DNA of 61,844 nucleotides, the filler included, from Gonapodya sp. JEL0774 (lineage: Eukaryota), in the NCBI GenBank assembly GCA_027604505.1. It is 22 parts of 22 records of this genome, joined end to end, with 100 filler letters (N's around TTAATTAATTAA, not from the genome) between each part and the next. Parts side by side here need not be neighbours in the genome. Positions count along the whole stretch, not along the records: positions 39,505 to 42,214 come from JADIIX010001734.1; positions 42,315 to 45,022 come from JADIIX010001735.1; positions 45,123 to 47,829 come from JADIIX010001736.1; positions 47,930 to 50,635 come from JADIIX010001737.1; positions 50,736 to 53,439 come from JADIIX010001738.1; 17 more parts are not named here. The stretch is one strand, 5' to 3'. Both the position numbers and the translations under genes were made by a program. Below, piece by piece: positions 39,405-51,887 of this stretch (positions are counted from its first letter, which is position 1; the number at the start of each line of letters is the position of its first letter). The notes beneath the pieces were generated by a model, which saw only the letters and a list, made by a program, of their open reading frames with translations, had not been told where the DNA came from and made no database searches.

Positions 39405-41063
39405 NNNNNNNNNNNNNNNNNNNNNNNNNNNNNNNNNNNNNNNNNNNNTTAATTAATTAANNNNNNNNNNNNNNNNNNNNNNNNNNNNNNNNNNNNNNNN
39501 NNNNATCTTGGCTCTTTTCGTTTATTTGATCAACTTTGAGCAGCGTACACAGGTGATGGTGTGTGAATGGTTCCGCCTTGCAGTGTCCAATTTGGGAACA
39601 TTACTCACTGGACTTCCACGTGTAAGTTTCTTTTGATGAAGGAAGAGAACAGACAGAGAGATTCAGTGCCGTCTTTTTAAATTGAACAGCCGATCAAACC
39701 GCAGCTCACGCGACATTCTGGAATCCCTGGAGGTGTTGAACACCTGAGTCAAGGAGAGATAAAGACGGGAAAGAAGAAGCGCGGTAAGGCGGACGAGTCG
39801 AAGATGCTGTCACGACGATTGCAGCGTTGTGAATGTTTGAGGAATTCGTAGAAGGCGATGAGAGTTCGGTGTCCGTTTCGTCCTTTCTGTCCGTTGTTGA
39901 CGGGCAGCAGCGTTTTGGGGAAAGGCGGAACCGGCACCGACCGCTCCCAGAACCCTCAGCCCAGGGGGTCTTACTTAACTTTATTATTCTTTTCATTCGC
40001 GACTGCATTGATCCGAGCTACTCCACTCTTGACTTTGTTATGTATTTGCATCAGTCTTGGTGCAATGCATGAGTGAATTCTCCTCGTGGCCAGAAATGAG
40101 CTTCTTTATTAGGGAGCATGCTCTGATGGGCAATGACACATTTGAACAGATAAGAATTCGAAGAGGATTGAGAACGTAAAATCAAAGGTGCTCAAATATA
40201 AATGTGGAACACCTCGGGAACCTGATCGTTTGCCCAAGCAACTGAACGACCTACGTTTGGATTGAATTGCTATTGAAGAGAGACGCCGACGTCATATCCA
40301 AACAACACTTTGTGGTATTACAGCTACTTGGAGACAACGTCGTCAAGGAAAGGGGGAACACGACACCGTGTTCTGCGATTCCACACAGGCAATTTCATCA
40401 GCTGCACTCATCCTCGCACATCATCCCGGAAGCAATTCTCGAGCTTGAGACTGTTTCTCGCCTTGCGATCTCTCCTTGTCCCCAAGAATCATCCACTACA
40501 ATCAACACTCTCCATCCCGTCACTGACTAGTTACAGTAAAGGGGACGATAACTCATCGAGCTGGTTATTGCATCAGCTCCTATTACATGAGCATGACAGG
40601 CCCCGTTCGATTCGAGTGGGCGTTGAATGGGTTCTATCTTGCTATGGTCTGAGCTGATGCTTTACATATATGTTGACGACCCAACCAAGAATACCATCCT
40701 TGCATGGACGCGGATCGTCAGTTTACTCGCAAACGGCCACTACCGTAATTTAGCACCTGTTGATGAAGCCAAGGTCGCAACATGCAAGCAGCACACAATG
40801 AAAAAATCTAGTCAGGAACTCATCAAAGATCAGCCTCCGGAACAGAATGCTCGTATCATCCGCGCATACCGAGGAGAGACCGGAATGATTATGATTGCCG
40901 TTCCGCTGCGGAAGGGCCCTGGTGTTCCGAGCCACCTTCATTCACTCATGCTTCGCATCTCTTCGCGACCATGCCTGATCTTCACGACTCGCCAAACCTT
41001 TTCCGTCAATCATTAATTACACTACCGTTACCACTCGCTCACTCCATATATTGCCTTTTCGAA

Positions 41064-42214
41064 ATGCCCATCGCGATATCTGAGAACGCTCATCATTGCG
41101 GATTCAAGTTCACCAAGAGGTTCTCGTCGGTGAGAACGAGCGATCACACTTGTAATTCCATCACTCATCGTATCTTCTCTTCTTGTGTCAGTTGGCAAAG
41201 GTGCCTGCCTTCTTCAAGGCATTGCTCGGGAGGAAGTCCTTCAGCAAGAAAGCTCAACGCCAACCACTGATGGACCAGCTAGAAGGCCTGAACGCGAACG
41301 TCCAAGCGCTCGAGATTGCGAATGCTCGTTTGAAAACAGTCGCGAATGAAGCCACCGCAACGTTGGAGGTGGCGAGGCTGGAGTGCCGTTCCCTCCAGAA
41401 GGAACTCGAGGACCTTTTACTGACCTCGGCCAGGAAGGAAGAGAAGATTCATATGCTTGAAAACTTAGTGGAGGAACTCAATCAAAAGAATATGGACCTG
41501 GGACTGGAGAAGCTCCTTATCGAGGCCAAAATTGGACTCGCGCTCCAGTCGTCTCACGAAGAGAACGAACGGCTCGCACGCAGGTTGTTCGCAACGGAAA
41601 GCGACCTTTCAGTGACCCTGAATGTCGTCAGGGATCTGCAGATTTCTGCAGAGAATAGCCGGGCTTTGGTGGACTCTCTCACCGACGCCGTTAGGGACGA
41701 GCAAGACATCGCGTCGCATCTCGCAACCAAAGTGCTCGATGGAAACGCACAACCCCAGGCTTTGAACGTTCTTGTGCGTCAGACGGCCTCCGGTGCTGGT
41801 GGGGACATGCAAGTTTTTACCCGGATGGCTGGAATCTCAGAGGTCAATGCGAAACTCTTCGTGGGGGAAGTGGTGAGTCCAATGATATATTTGTACTGAG
41901 CTAAACCGGATTTACAAAGTGGTGTGAAAACTTGTGCCTCACCTTAGCACAAACATCCGGTGGTCTTTCGTCTCACGGAATATGTTGGCGCCTTCGAGTC
42001 TCCCATAATGGACACATTAAAGCAAGACCCACATCCCAACGTCATGTCGGTTCTCTCATTTGGGCGGCTTGGTTCAAGGGGTCTGTTGGGTGCGTACTAC
42101 GTAGTCTCTTCTCGCTCTGAAATTTGCTATTGTTTTTTTAATTATCTACTGTGGAACCGTCTTGCAGTGACGAATCTGTACACAGGTGGCAGCTTGCAAG
42201 CCGCTGTCGAGGCC
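41064..42214 (+). CDS. Coiled-coil protein followed by a divergent protein-kinase-like N-lobe (3' partial)
   Basis: A long coiled coil is followed by ...KLFVGEV|HKHPVVFRL...LKQDPHPNVMSVLSFG...LL|VTNLYTGGSLQAAV (kinase subdomains IV-V). Confidence 0.6.
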
Positions 42215-42314
42215 NNNNNNNNNNNNNNNNNNNNNNNNNNNNNNNNNNNNNNNNNNNNTTAATTAATTAANNNNNNNNNNNNNNNNNNNNNNNNNNNNNN
42301 NNNNNNNNNNNNNN

Positions 42315-43041
42315 GGGTTCCAGTTTGGATTATAGCAGAAGTTAAAGTCCTAATGTACGGGTGAGCTTCATAATTTTGCAAGTTCAGAGGGGAACTGAGA
42401 TAAGTCACCTCAGTTTCCCGATCGTCGGCATCATCGATGGCGTCCTCGGTGCAGTTTCGCAGCGAGTTGATTATGTTCTCTTCCTCCTCCTTGCTCCAGC
42501 CCCACATTACGACGACTCCGTACTCAAAAACAAATATTTCTTTGAAGCTTAGACCAGTTGCTACACGCCCAAAGTCTCCTTCGTCCACATCCCCACTGGG
42601 AATGCTGACAAGAACTGAGTCCGCACCAACTTTTGCTTCTGAAACCTCCCCGTTTGTGACGTCTTTGGAGAACGTGACGTAAAGAACTTCATCAAACCGT
42701 TTTGTGACGTATTTTCCTTCCCACCGCTTCACCGCGGCCTGTAGGTCTATGGATGTGCCAATACACGCGGAATGGACCCGCGGCAAAGTCTTTTTGTCAA
42801 GCGCTTTCAGCGCCCTTTCTGTCTCCAAACGATTGCGGGGTTGCGATGCTGGATATTCCTGCTCTTCGCCCTCGTGTTCAGCGGGAAAGAGGGTCAGCTT
42901 TTGCGAGATCTTGCTCGTGCGCTTCGCTCCGGGCCGTCCAGCTGCTCCAGCGGAAGGTTGCGTGGGTTGCGCCGCCCGGACGGCAGGGTCGTCGATGACT
43001 GCAGATGGCAGCTTTTGATAGCGAATTCCTTGGCGCTGCAT
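42315..43041 (-). CDS. RMD1: Rmd1/Sif2 (DUF155) family protein (3' partial)
   Basis: RTSKISQKLTLFP, LPRVHSACIG, EIFVFEYGVVVMWGWSKEEE and ETE|DFNFCY are characteristic of Rmd1. Confidence 0.85.
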
Positions 43042-43157
43042 CGTTTCACAGGTTCCAACGGTGTGGGGGCAGCTTGGACTGTGTGAGGTCTGCAACTAAC
43101 TTTGGTCGGCTGGTACGTGGATGGATGACGTCAATACACAAGGTCTCAGGACATACG

Positions 43158-45022
43158 ATGGACCTCAAACAAGCGTTGGAATTAGCCCCATCTGGACTCT
43201 ATTCTCTGCGGAAAGAAAAGAGGGAGCGTTTGTGGCTTGCTCAGAACGGGGACATCTGCAAGATATGCTTGAACGAACCGGTCCGTCCTGCTTTCTGCAT
43301 GTCTTCCGGTGACTATCGTGGAGCGAGTCGCCAATCTGGAACGATTTTCTGTCTGTGCTCAATTGTCTTCACTCGGACACCTCTGTATCCTTTTGATCCA
43401 ACAGTTCCATTCATCTCGAACCCGTGTGACTGGCACCCTGAATGGGACCCGGCAGATACCGTAGCCACTCTCTGTTCAAGTGCACAACTCCTCAAATACT
43501 CTCGTGTCTATGGAGTCACGGATAACGAGAAGGGAGTCATGAGGATGCTGGCACCCACCGAAGGTCCTAATGCACGGTTGATGACGCGAGCATTAATGAC
43601 AACAGAACAAAGGCTGAAAGGGGTATCGTTCGACAAACTTTTATTTCGAAAAGGAAGCTCCGGGGAGCTCACTCAGCTGTCGGATTCTGAGGAAGGCTTG
43701 AAAGTGATGTGGGATAGGTTCATTCACATATCGAGATGGTTTTCTTTCGCTGATCAGCATCCCCTATCCCATCGACAGACTCCACAACCCATTTGAGCCA
43801 CATGTAGAGACAAATGAAAGACTTTTCTTAATCCCTACCTCCGCACTTGAACGTGACGATGATGGTTTGGCAGTCAACTCTATCACTTCGACTCGCCGAC
43901 CCAATCCCGGTCAAACATATAAAGCCCAATCCAACCCACCTTCCAATGACTCTATTTTGTCGCAAATTCCTTCACCGGCAATGATGTTAAATATCCCTCC
44001 TTTCATTCCGCCATTTAGCGCTAAGCACATGCGCACAGAGATCAGTCCTGCGTACCACATGGTAGCGATTATGGAGTCTATCAAACGGTGAGTCAGATCG
44101 CATTTGTAGTGTTTATTCTGCCTGTACCAGCCTATCGCTCGTTTGATCAACAATACCAGACAGGATGAGTTCCACGGTATCGATACGGACGATCTCACTT
44201 ACGAGCCCCCGACATATCAAGAGCTTTTGGATGGTGCCGATTATCGAAACTGGGGCTGCCCCTTACCCGGCCAGCGTGTCTACACAACACCCTCGTACGA
44301 CAGACTTGAAGGGTTGCTCACCTCCGCCAAAGTGGGTCCCAACCAGCCGTGGGGACCTCTTTTCCTGTCGAAAATGTCAAAATTACCAATGAATGTTCTT
44401 GATGGCTACTTGGATCGGATTCAGCGGAGGGAACAGGTCGCCCAGAAGAGAATTTCGAAGGTGTGGACCGATCCTGAAGCACTGAGCGACTTTGAGAGCT
44501 GGATATCAGCGAAGGGGATGGTGGACTTTGAAGACAAGGAGAAAATTGTCTTTGCGGAGCATGACTTTCGAGTGAGTAAAACTTTTCATAAACTCATAAG
44601 TACATGTTGCACCAACCTGTTCCATACAAAATACAGGTTCACGTCACATTCCTAGTGCCTTGGCGGAGTTTCGGCGGACTGGTCTCTTTTCACTGTGATT
44701 TCCGTCCTTCTTACTCAGTGCCTCAGGCTCTGGTTACTAAAAAGACTCCAAGAGGTGTTTCAGCAGCGAATTCGGTAACCGCGGGACCACCTCGAAGGCC
44801 ACAAACCCCGATCGAGGACAAACGAGTGATATACTGGAAGAAAACCAGAGCTTTGACCATGCCTACAATGCGTGCTGTGTCTGTTCCTTCTCCGTTGGAG
44901 TTTTGGGTGCCATGGATGGTATGAGCTTTCCTCTGGCTAAAGCCAATGATGCGCTCGTGCAATGGCAGTGGCTTTAAAAACTAATCCAAATTTTACAGTT
45001 CGAGCTTTACCGAGATGAAAAT
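43158..45022 (+). CDS. Multi-exon hypothetical protein (3' partial)
   Basis: About six GT-AG-flanked exons splice in frame from MDLKQALELAPSG to ...EFWVPWM|FELYRDEN. No family recognised. Confidence 0.6.
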
Positions 45023-45122
45023 NNNNNNNNNNNNNNNNNNNNNNNNNNNNNNNNNNNNNNNNNNNNTTAATTAATTAANNNNNNNNNNNNNNNNNNNNNN
45101 NNNNNNNNNNNNNNNNNNNNNN

Positions 45123-47829
45123 GTTTCTGGCGAAGCAGCTAAACTGATGGATGCGAGTCGCGAATGGAAACAAGAAATGCAACGCGCAGTGCATAGGATG
45201 GTGGAGGCAGAAGCCGCAAAAGATGATATGTCCAGAGTGCTCCAATCACAAGAGGAGGATGCACAACGCCTCGAGAGTGCACTTCTTTCCAGTCAGACTG
45301 CATTATCCCAAAAGCAAGAGGAAGTTGTGAACCTCGAATATCGAATCAGTGAGATGGAAGCGCACCTTGCGGAGTTTGCACGTCAGAGCGAGTACCTGCA
45401 AGAAGAGCGTAATCACCTCTTCTCAGAGACTGAGAGCCTTGGCGCGATCCTTTTGGAGCGCAACAGTGAATGTGATTCTCTTTTCGTTCGTGTCCGCCAA
45501 GCGGAAGAAACCATTCGGGAAAAGGACGCACAGGTTGATAATGTCTTACGAACTGTTGTGGCGGAGACAAATCGGGCCGACCTCCTTCAGACTGAGAAGC
45601 AAGACCTTCGCTCCCAAGTGAGTGTGCTAGAGTCGGAAATCAGTGATTTGCTCCTTAAGAACGTCCTGAGCCGAGAGCGTGAACTTCACACGGAAAATGA
45701 GGTAGACCGGCTGCGAGGCCTTGTGGACAATCTACGAGAAAATGTGTCAAACGAACAGGCTAAGCTTTGGCGATACGTAGATTTGATTGGTATACAATAT
45801 TGTGAGAAATGCGTGTCGACTACGTTCGGGCAGGAAGTCGAGGTGGACAGAGAAATGATCTTATTGGACGATTGTATACAGGGTTTGGAGAGAAACCTCG
45901 AATTGGAATCCGTGATAGACATAAAAAGTATGCTCTTATACAACGCAAACATGACATGCGTTGCTGCAGAACAGAAGGTGGAGCGTCTTTTGTCGAATCT
46001 TGCGGGAGAGCAGCAATTCCGGAAAGACGTGGTTTCATTTGCTTGGAGAACCCGGAACTCATTGCGAGTTGAAATAATCAAGAGCGAAAGTTATCACAAA
46101 ACTCTTACGCAAGGAGAAGAAGCGCTTCTCGACGCCCAAGAGTCCATTACAGAGCTTTCGCGACGTGTTGCTGAAGCGGAAACTGCGCGGGACCATTCTG
46201 AGCGGCAGATTGCAGAACTGGTTCTGCTGCGCCAAGATCTTGAGACCAAAGTTGTTGTTCTGCAAGCACAATGTGACGATTTCAGAAGGGTGATGGAAGA
46301 AATGACGTCAGCAATGCGGATCGTTGTCGAAACAGACGAACGCAACATCGAGGAACTCCGCAGCGAGCGCGAAGGTTACCGACAAAGTTTAGAATCACTA
46401 AAATGTCAATTGGAGCAATCTCAGAATGACGCTTCTCACATTACTGAGAGGCTGGCGGATCGAGAGTCTGCAATTTTGTCTCTGCGAGAATACTGCAACA
46501 CCCACCACCGTAACACTAAACGCGATGAAGAAAGAACTTTGGATGATGATGTTTTTTTGCTAATGAGTCCGAGTGAACCATTTTCGGAGGAAGTTGGAGA
46601 GGATGCCGGTGTCTCCCATTTCCGCCTTCAGGAGCAATGCATTGCGAATGATTTGATTCTAGCGACCGCTTTTGTGGCCAAGGAAGCCTTTGAAGCGTTC
46701 TCGGGCAGCCAAAGAGAAGTCCGTGATCTGCGGGATCTTGTTGGGCATTTTGAAGCAGAAAAAAATGTCACCACCAGAGAGCTGTCGGATCTTCGTACGT
46801 GGGTCGAGCAGTTGAGCAATACTTTGATTGAGAGCGAGTCTGCCAAAGCTGGGCTTCAGTCACGGATGTCTCAGCTGGAGGAAGATCTCCTGTTCAAAAC
46901 TTCAACGCTGGATCGCCTCAATGAGGAGATTGACAAGAGAGGTACTCGTATTGCCACAACCGTACGAGATGTGGCCAGCCTTCGAACAGAGATTGACATG
47001 AAAGATGAGAAAATCAGAAGTCTTGAAGAGAAAGCAGTTGATCTTACTCGGGGTCTCGAAGAGCAAAGAGAGTCGATTGCTCTCTTGCGAAAGGCATTAG
47101 TGGATAAAGACCTTTCCTTAGCCTCTCAACAAACCGCTCTTGATGAAGAAATACAGCAGCGGGAGGCACAGTATGTTCTCTTTTGCCGATTGGAGTCAGA
47201 GTCATCATCACTAAGAGATCAAAACGAGCGGCTAGCGTCCCAACTCACCATATCCGAGACGGAGCGTGTGAGGCTTTCTGAAGTTTTGGATGAAGCGAGT
47301 CAAACGATTGCTCTCAACGTATCCGGTAACCAGGAACTAGCACAACAGCTTGTCAGAGAACAAGAGAAATCCAAAGCACTTCATTCAGATGTCTTGGCTC
47401 AAAATAAAGCAATAGGAGATCTCGTTTTAAAGATTGAAGACCTGAATATGTCGGAGTCCTCTCGTATCAAGGAGCTTGAACATTCTCTAGAGCAACAGCG
47501 ATTGGAGCAAGCCAGGCAGGAACAACAACTCTCAGCTTCTCATCAGCAACTTCAGAAAATTTCTGAGCAAGCTGAAGGCCTAAGAAATCGCAACGACCAG
47601 TTGAAGGCGGATCTGGACTCGAAAGCAAACTTTCTCGTAGAACTTCAAGGGGTACTCACCGACTTGCGTAAGAAGCTTGTAGAAAACGGATTGGAAGCCG
47701 AAGACTTGCGCAAAATGCTAGCGGCAGGCGAGGAACACGTCGAACGTCTAAGGATGTCTATCTCCGAGCGAGATGAGTTGATAAAATCACTCAACCTGTC
47801 AGTGAGGGAGAGTAACGAATCCTGTCATG
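45123..47829 (+). CDS. Internal exon of a very long coiled-coil protein (open at both ends)
   Basis: About 900 codons without a stop, with E/L/Q/S/R-rich heptads. Confidence 0.85.
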
Positions 47830-47929
47830 NNNNNNNNNNNNNNNNNNNNNNNNNNNNNNNNNNNNNNNNNNNNTTAATTAATTAANNNNNNNNNNNNNNN
47901 NNNNNNNNNNNNNNNNNNNNNNNNNNNNN

Positions 47930-49107
47930 TTTTTTGTCCCTGGCATTGTTGTGATACGGTATACTCCCATTCGGCACACCGACGTACAGTCTCCAAAGAT
48001 ACGTCTGGACTGGCTGACATAACCTTCAACGCACAAATTTTCTGGCTCGTGATGTGTCGGGCCTTTATTACTCGTCCTGCATTTGGTGATAATTGGCACA
48101 TTTACGTTTATGTAACTCAAAGTTCAATTATCCCTCGTACAACGCAATGTCAGTAACGCACCTGCCCCGCCGGAGCCGAGCGAATTCAAAAGCTCAAAGT
48201 CTTCAAGGATTGCGCTGCACCAATCCAAAGCGGCCGTTCCGTTGTTGGATTGATGGGTTGAGGTGTCGTCTGATGTTTCGGGAGCAATTTGTGTACCTTC
48301 TTTCTCGTCGGACGCAGCATCTTTCATCAAAGAGGCAGTAGCCGAAATTGGTTCGTTGATGTCGTCTTCATTTTGCAAATTCATTGTGTTCGTGGGATCC
48401 TGCCTCTGTGAGTCGTTTGAATGCTCTTTTCTCGGAGAAGCAATTGATGACATTCAAACCCATCCGGCCATTACACCCGTACCAACATTGCCTTACCAAG
48501 AATATCCTCCCGAAGCGGCGCTGCCCGACATTCGGTGTTCGGGCATGATTGTGTGTTGGGTTGGAGGACGGAATCAACGTTCGGCATAATTCTGGTGATA
48601 TCAGCTGTAGCCCGGGGATACACTCCCGAATTTACGATTCTCGATACGGGAGACGGCGTGGAAGGTGAAGACTCTGACGACAGGAGGCTGGAAGCAGGAT
48701 TGCCCGGACTAGCGATTGCGGTGAACTTGCACTTCAGCACCACTAAAAACATGAGAAATCATGCAGGAGCGTTAAAGTGCTAGAAGGATGTCACATCCTA
48801 GAGAACTCTTACCGTCCCTTCTGCCCATGCTACAGTCAATGTGGCTTGAGACCATACGCTGCTGCTCCCTCATCACAACACCTTCGCATCCAAGTTTCGA
48901 CCCAGTCGCAGTAGCAGTACCACTTTGCTCCCAAATAGAGTCCTCCGAACCATCTGGGATTTCTGATGGCTTGACGGGAAAGCAAGGTATCAATCTTAGT
49001 AGAAACGAGCCCACCGCCCCAGCAGCTCTTTGTGCTCGGCGCCTCATTGGGGAGGGATCAACATGAGAGCACTTTGACCGAAAGTTCGGCATCTTGAAGA
49101 TTGGCAT
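47930..49107 (-). CDS. Ser/Thr protein kinase with long N-terminal extension (3' partial)
   Basis: LEDFELLNSLGSGGA|GRVIKARHITSQKICALKVM...AEWEY gives the Gly loop, the AxK lysine and an alphaC Glu. The upstream exon structure is tentative. Confidence 0.75.
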
Positions 49108-49834
49108 ATTTGGATTGTTCGAGAATTGGAATTTGGGCCAGATCATCGAAAGATTTTTGACAGCCTTCGCCGATCGTCTGCCATCATACGTATTCTTCAC
49201 ACCGAACCACGCCAACAGAGGTTCCCCCTTCTCCAAGCGTACGTTCTGTTTTCATGAGGGAATCATGGGCATCTTGTAACATGGACATTGCTCGGACTAC
49301 TGTCACATCGCGGATTAATAACCAACGGCTAAAAGTATTAACAATGTTACATAGGCCGGATTCCCCCTGCCTCTCGTGAGAACTTAAGAATTGCATATTT
49401 TCGAATAGGGAGGGACTGTGTGGGCTCCTTCTCTTTACATATTAGTGGATTGTTCGAAATGTTGTGCACGACTTCATATCCGCATAGCGGTGCTTTTGTG
49501 GAACCAGAATACTTTTATGTAATGACAGGTTATATACTAGGGGAAGAAAAACTTGTGACTAACAACCTATATGAGCAAAGGAGGGGAAGCTCCTGTCGCT
49601 AGCAATCTGTGTCGTAAGCATGTCTGCATATTATACGCGCGAAAACATGAAGCATCACAGCAAGCAGGAGATGCAACTACTAGCGAGTTCTGGATTCAGT
49701 CGTATTGCAGTCCGAGAATTTGTTTCTGGCAAGGGACAACTTTGCTCCGTCCACACGTCGACACAATGGTTGATCAACTCTGCGAAACACTCCCACTCAT
49801 TCTCAAGACCGTCTAAATCCGATCCCCACTAATC

Positions 49835-50635
49835 ATGCTCCCGACAATTGTTTCCGATCCGCCCAAGCCCTCCAAGGGCTCAAATCAACCCTCTTCGTCC
49901 ACCTCTAACTCCAAACCCGAGTCCCCCTTCTCCGTCGCCCTTGCCGAATTCAAAGCCCGCGCCGACGCCCTGGGCCGCAAAGGCGTCATTGTTGGCGAGA
50001 TCGAACCACCCGAGGGTTATGACGAGGATGGGAGCGATGGGGATGGCGAGGGAAAATGGGAGCCGTCACTCGAGGATTTTCAAAGAGTCTCCAAGGCGTT
50101 TTTGAGCGAGGAAGGCATGAAGGAGATGGAGAGGATTGGAACAAGGCTGCAGAAGGTTGGGATAGACGAAGACGATGAGGACGAGCATGAGGACGGAGAG
50201 TTCCCGGGCTTCTCCTGTATGAGAATGACCAATACTTCCAGTTCGTATGAGGCGTTGGATCAGCTTGAGAATGAAGTAAAGAAGGTGAAGAAGTTCGTCA
50301 AGGAGAAGAAGTATGTGAAGGCGTTTGAGCTGGCCTTCGGCGTGACGTTGGTATTCCACCAAGAGGACTTTTGGGTGAGTGTGATTTGATTTGACCCAAG
50401 ACGTTGAAATCAAGGGCCTCACATGAAATTGCGTTGTTCTACCGCCTCGGGTATCGTTCTCGACAATCTTTCAGCACGCCGACAGGGACGTTCCCGAGAG
50501 GTTCCAAGTCCACCTCACAGCCCTCCGATCCGCTTGGCGTGCTCTCCTCAAACTCAGTGACCGTGAGCTCGGAATCGCAGATGGAGACACTGACACGAGG
50601 GGTGCGGCCGAGGATCTGATTCTGCAGTTCAAGAA
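49835..50635 (+). CDS. Acidic hypothetical protein (3' partial)
   Basis: The 184-codon first exon, a GTGAGT donor and the exon HADRDVPERFQVHLTALRSAWRALLKLSDRELGI stay in frame. Confidence 0.65.
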
Positions 50636-50735
50636 NNNNNNNNNNNNNNNNNNNNNNNNNNNNNNNNNNNNNNNNNNNNTTAATTAATTAANNNNNNNNN
50701 NNNNNNNNNNNNNNNNNNNNNNNNNNNNNNNNNNN

Positions 50736-51443
50736 CCGGAGGCTCTTCACTCCGAGTGTCGGCGTGCCCAGAGTTCCTCCGGAGTTGTTTCTGCGATAAT
50801 CGGACTGGGCGTGATTCCTGATGAAACTTGCCTGGTCTTGGCCGCAACAGCCGGATCGGAGAGGCTAGTTGGCTTTCTTTTGGGTTTCCTCACATCAATT
50901 TCTGCGAAAAACACAGCTCTATTTCATGCGTGTCGAATCGGTAACGCAGAAATCATGCGGATGCTTCTAGACCACGGCGCCGACCTGCAAGAAGGACACC
51001 TTGTTTACGATGCTGCAGTGAATGGACATTTTCAAGCTGTGCAACTACTACTCCAGCGAGGAGCCGCTTTCAAATCCCGTCCTATGCAACCGCTGATTGT
51101 CGCGTGCAGCCGAGGATACGTGTCAATCGTCTCTCTCCTCTTGGAACATGGTGCAGACATCCATCGCAGTAACGATCTCGCAATGTTTTATGCAGCTGCA
51201 TTCGGTCATACGGATGTTGTGCGACTGCTTATCACGAAAGGAGCCAATGTTCGATCTTCAGGGTTTCGCGACGGCTTCCGGCTCGCGAGCTCTCACGATC
51301 ATGTCGATGTAGTACGGTTGTTGTTGGCTGCCGGTGCGTATGATACAGACATAAAATTGGCTCTCAGGGACTCTCCAAGTGAAGCGATTCGATGTTTATT
51401 GGAACGAGATCTTGAAAAGCGATATGGTGGTTCAAACTTGTGA
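50736..51443 (+). CDS. Ankyrin-repeat protein (5' partial)
   Basis: About six repeats, for example TALFHACRIGNAEIMRMLLDHGAD and PLIVACSRGYVSIVSLLLEHGADI. Confidence 0.92.
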   Translation, partial: PEALHSECRRAQSSSGVVSAIIGLGVIPDETCLVLAATAGSERLVGFLLGFLTSISAKNTALFHACRIGNAEIMRMLLDHGADLQEGHLVYDAAVNGHFQAVQLLLQRGAAFKSRPMQPLIVACSRGYVSIVSLLLEHGADIHRSNDLAMFYAAAFGHTDVVRLLITKGANVRSSGFRDGFRLASSHDHVDVVRLLLAAGAYDTDIKLALRDSPSEAIRCLLERDLEKRYGGSNL

Positions 51444-51887
51444 CTTGTGACGGGTAGTCCATAGTCCTACCCCTCGAGATGCGTTACTTTAGTAGTTTTT
51501 TCACGCTGCATAGTAATTCACGGCTGTGTTGAACCGAGTCAAACTTTGGCGGCATGCAGTCATGCAGCGATTTCGACCAACGAACTTCACCGATTGAATC
51601 ACAATAATCATTCCCTTCACGATTGCAAACTTTCTTTTGGCATTAGCAGTGCAATCTGCAGTCTGGCCGGGACTCGTGAAAAATCCGAGAAGATGTATTT
51701 CTACAAAAACAACAAAGCTCGGGATACCGCAATTCGCCGCTACGAGTGTGATTCGGACCGTCTTTGTGTCGCCCATGATTTTGGTCCAAATGGGTTCATG
51801 GGGGTTCAGCTCCACATGACAGCCAAAAGGATCTGGGCCACCCGAAGGACGAAGGACCCACCGGAAAAAACGCCGGATTTTCATCCA

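Noticed and set aside
39505..41016. Scattered ORFs and splice-like sites
   Set aside because: Stops occur in all candidate joins and no family was recognised.
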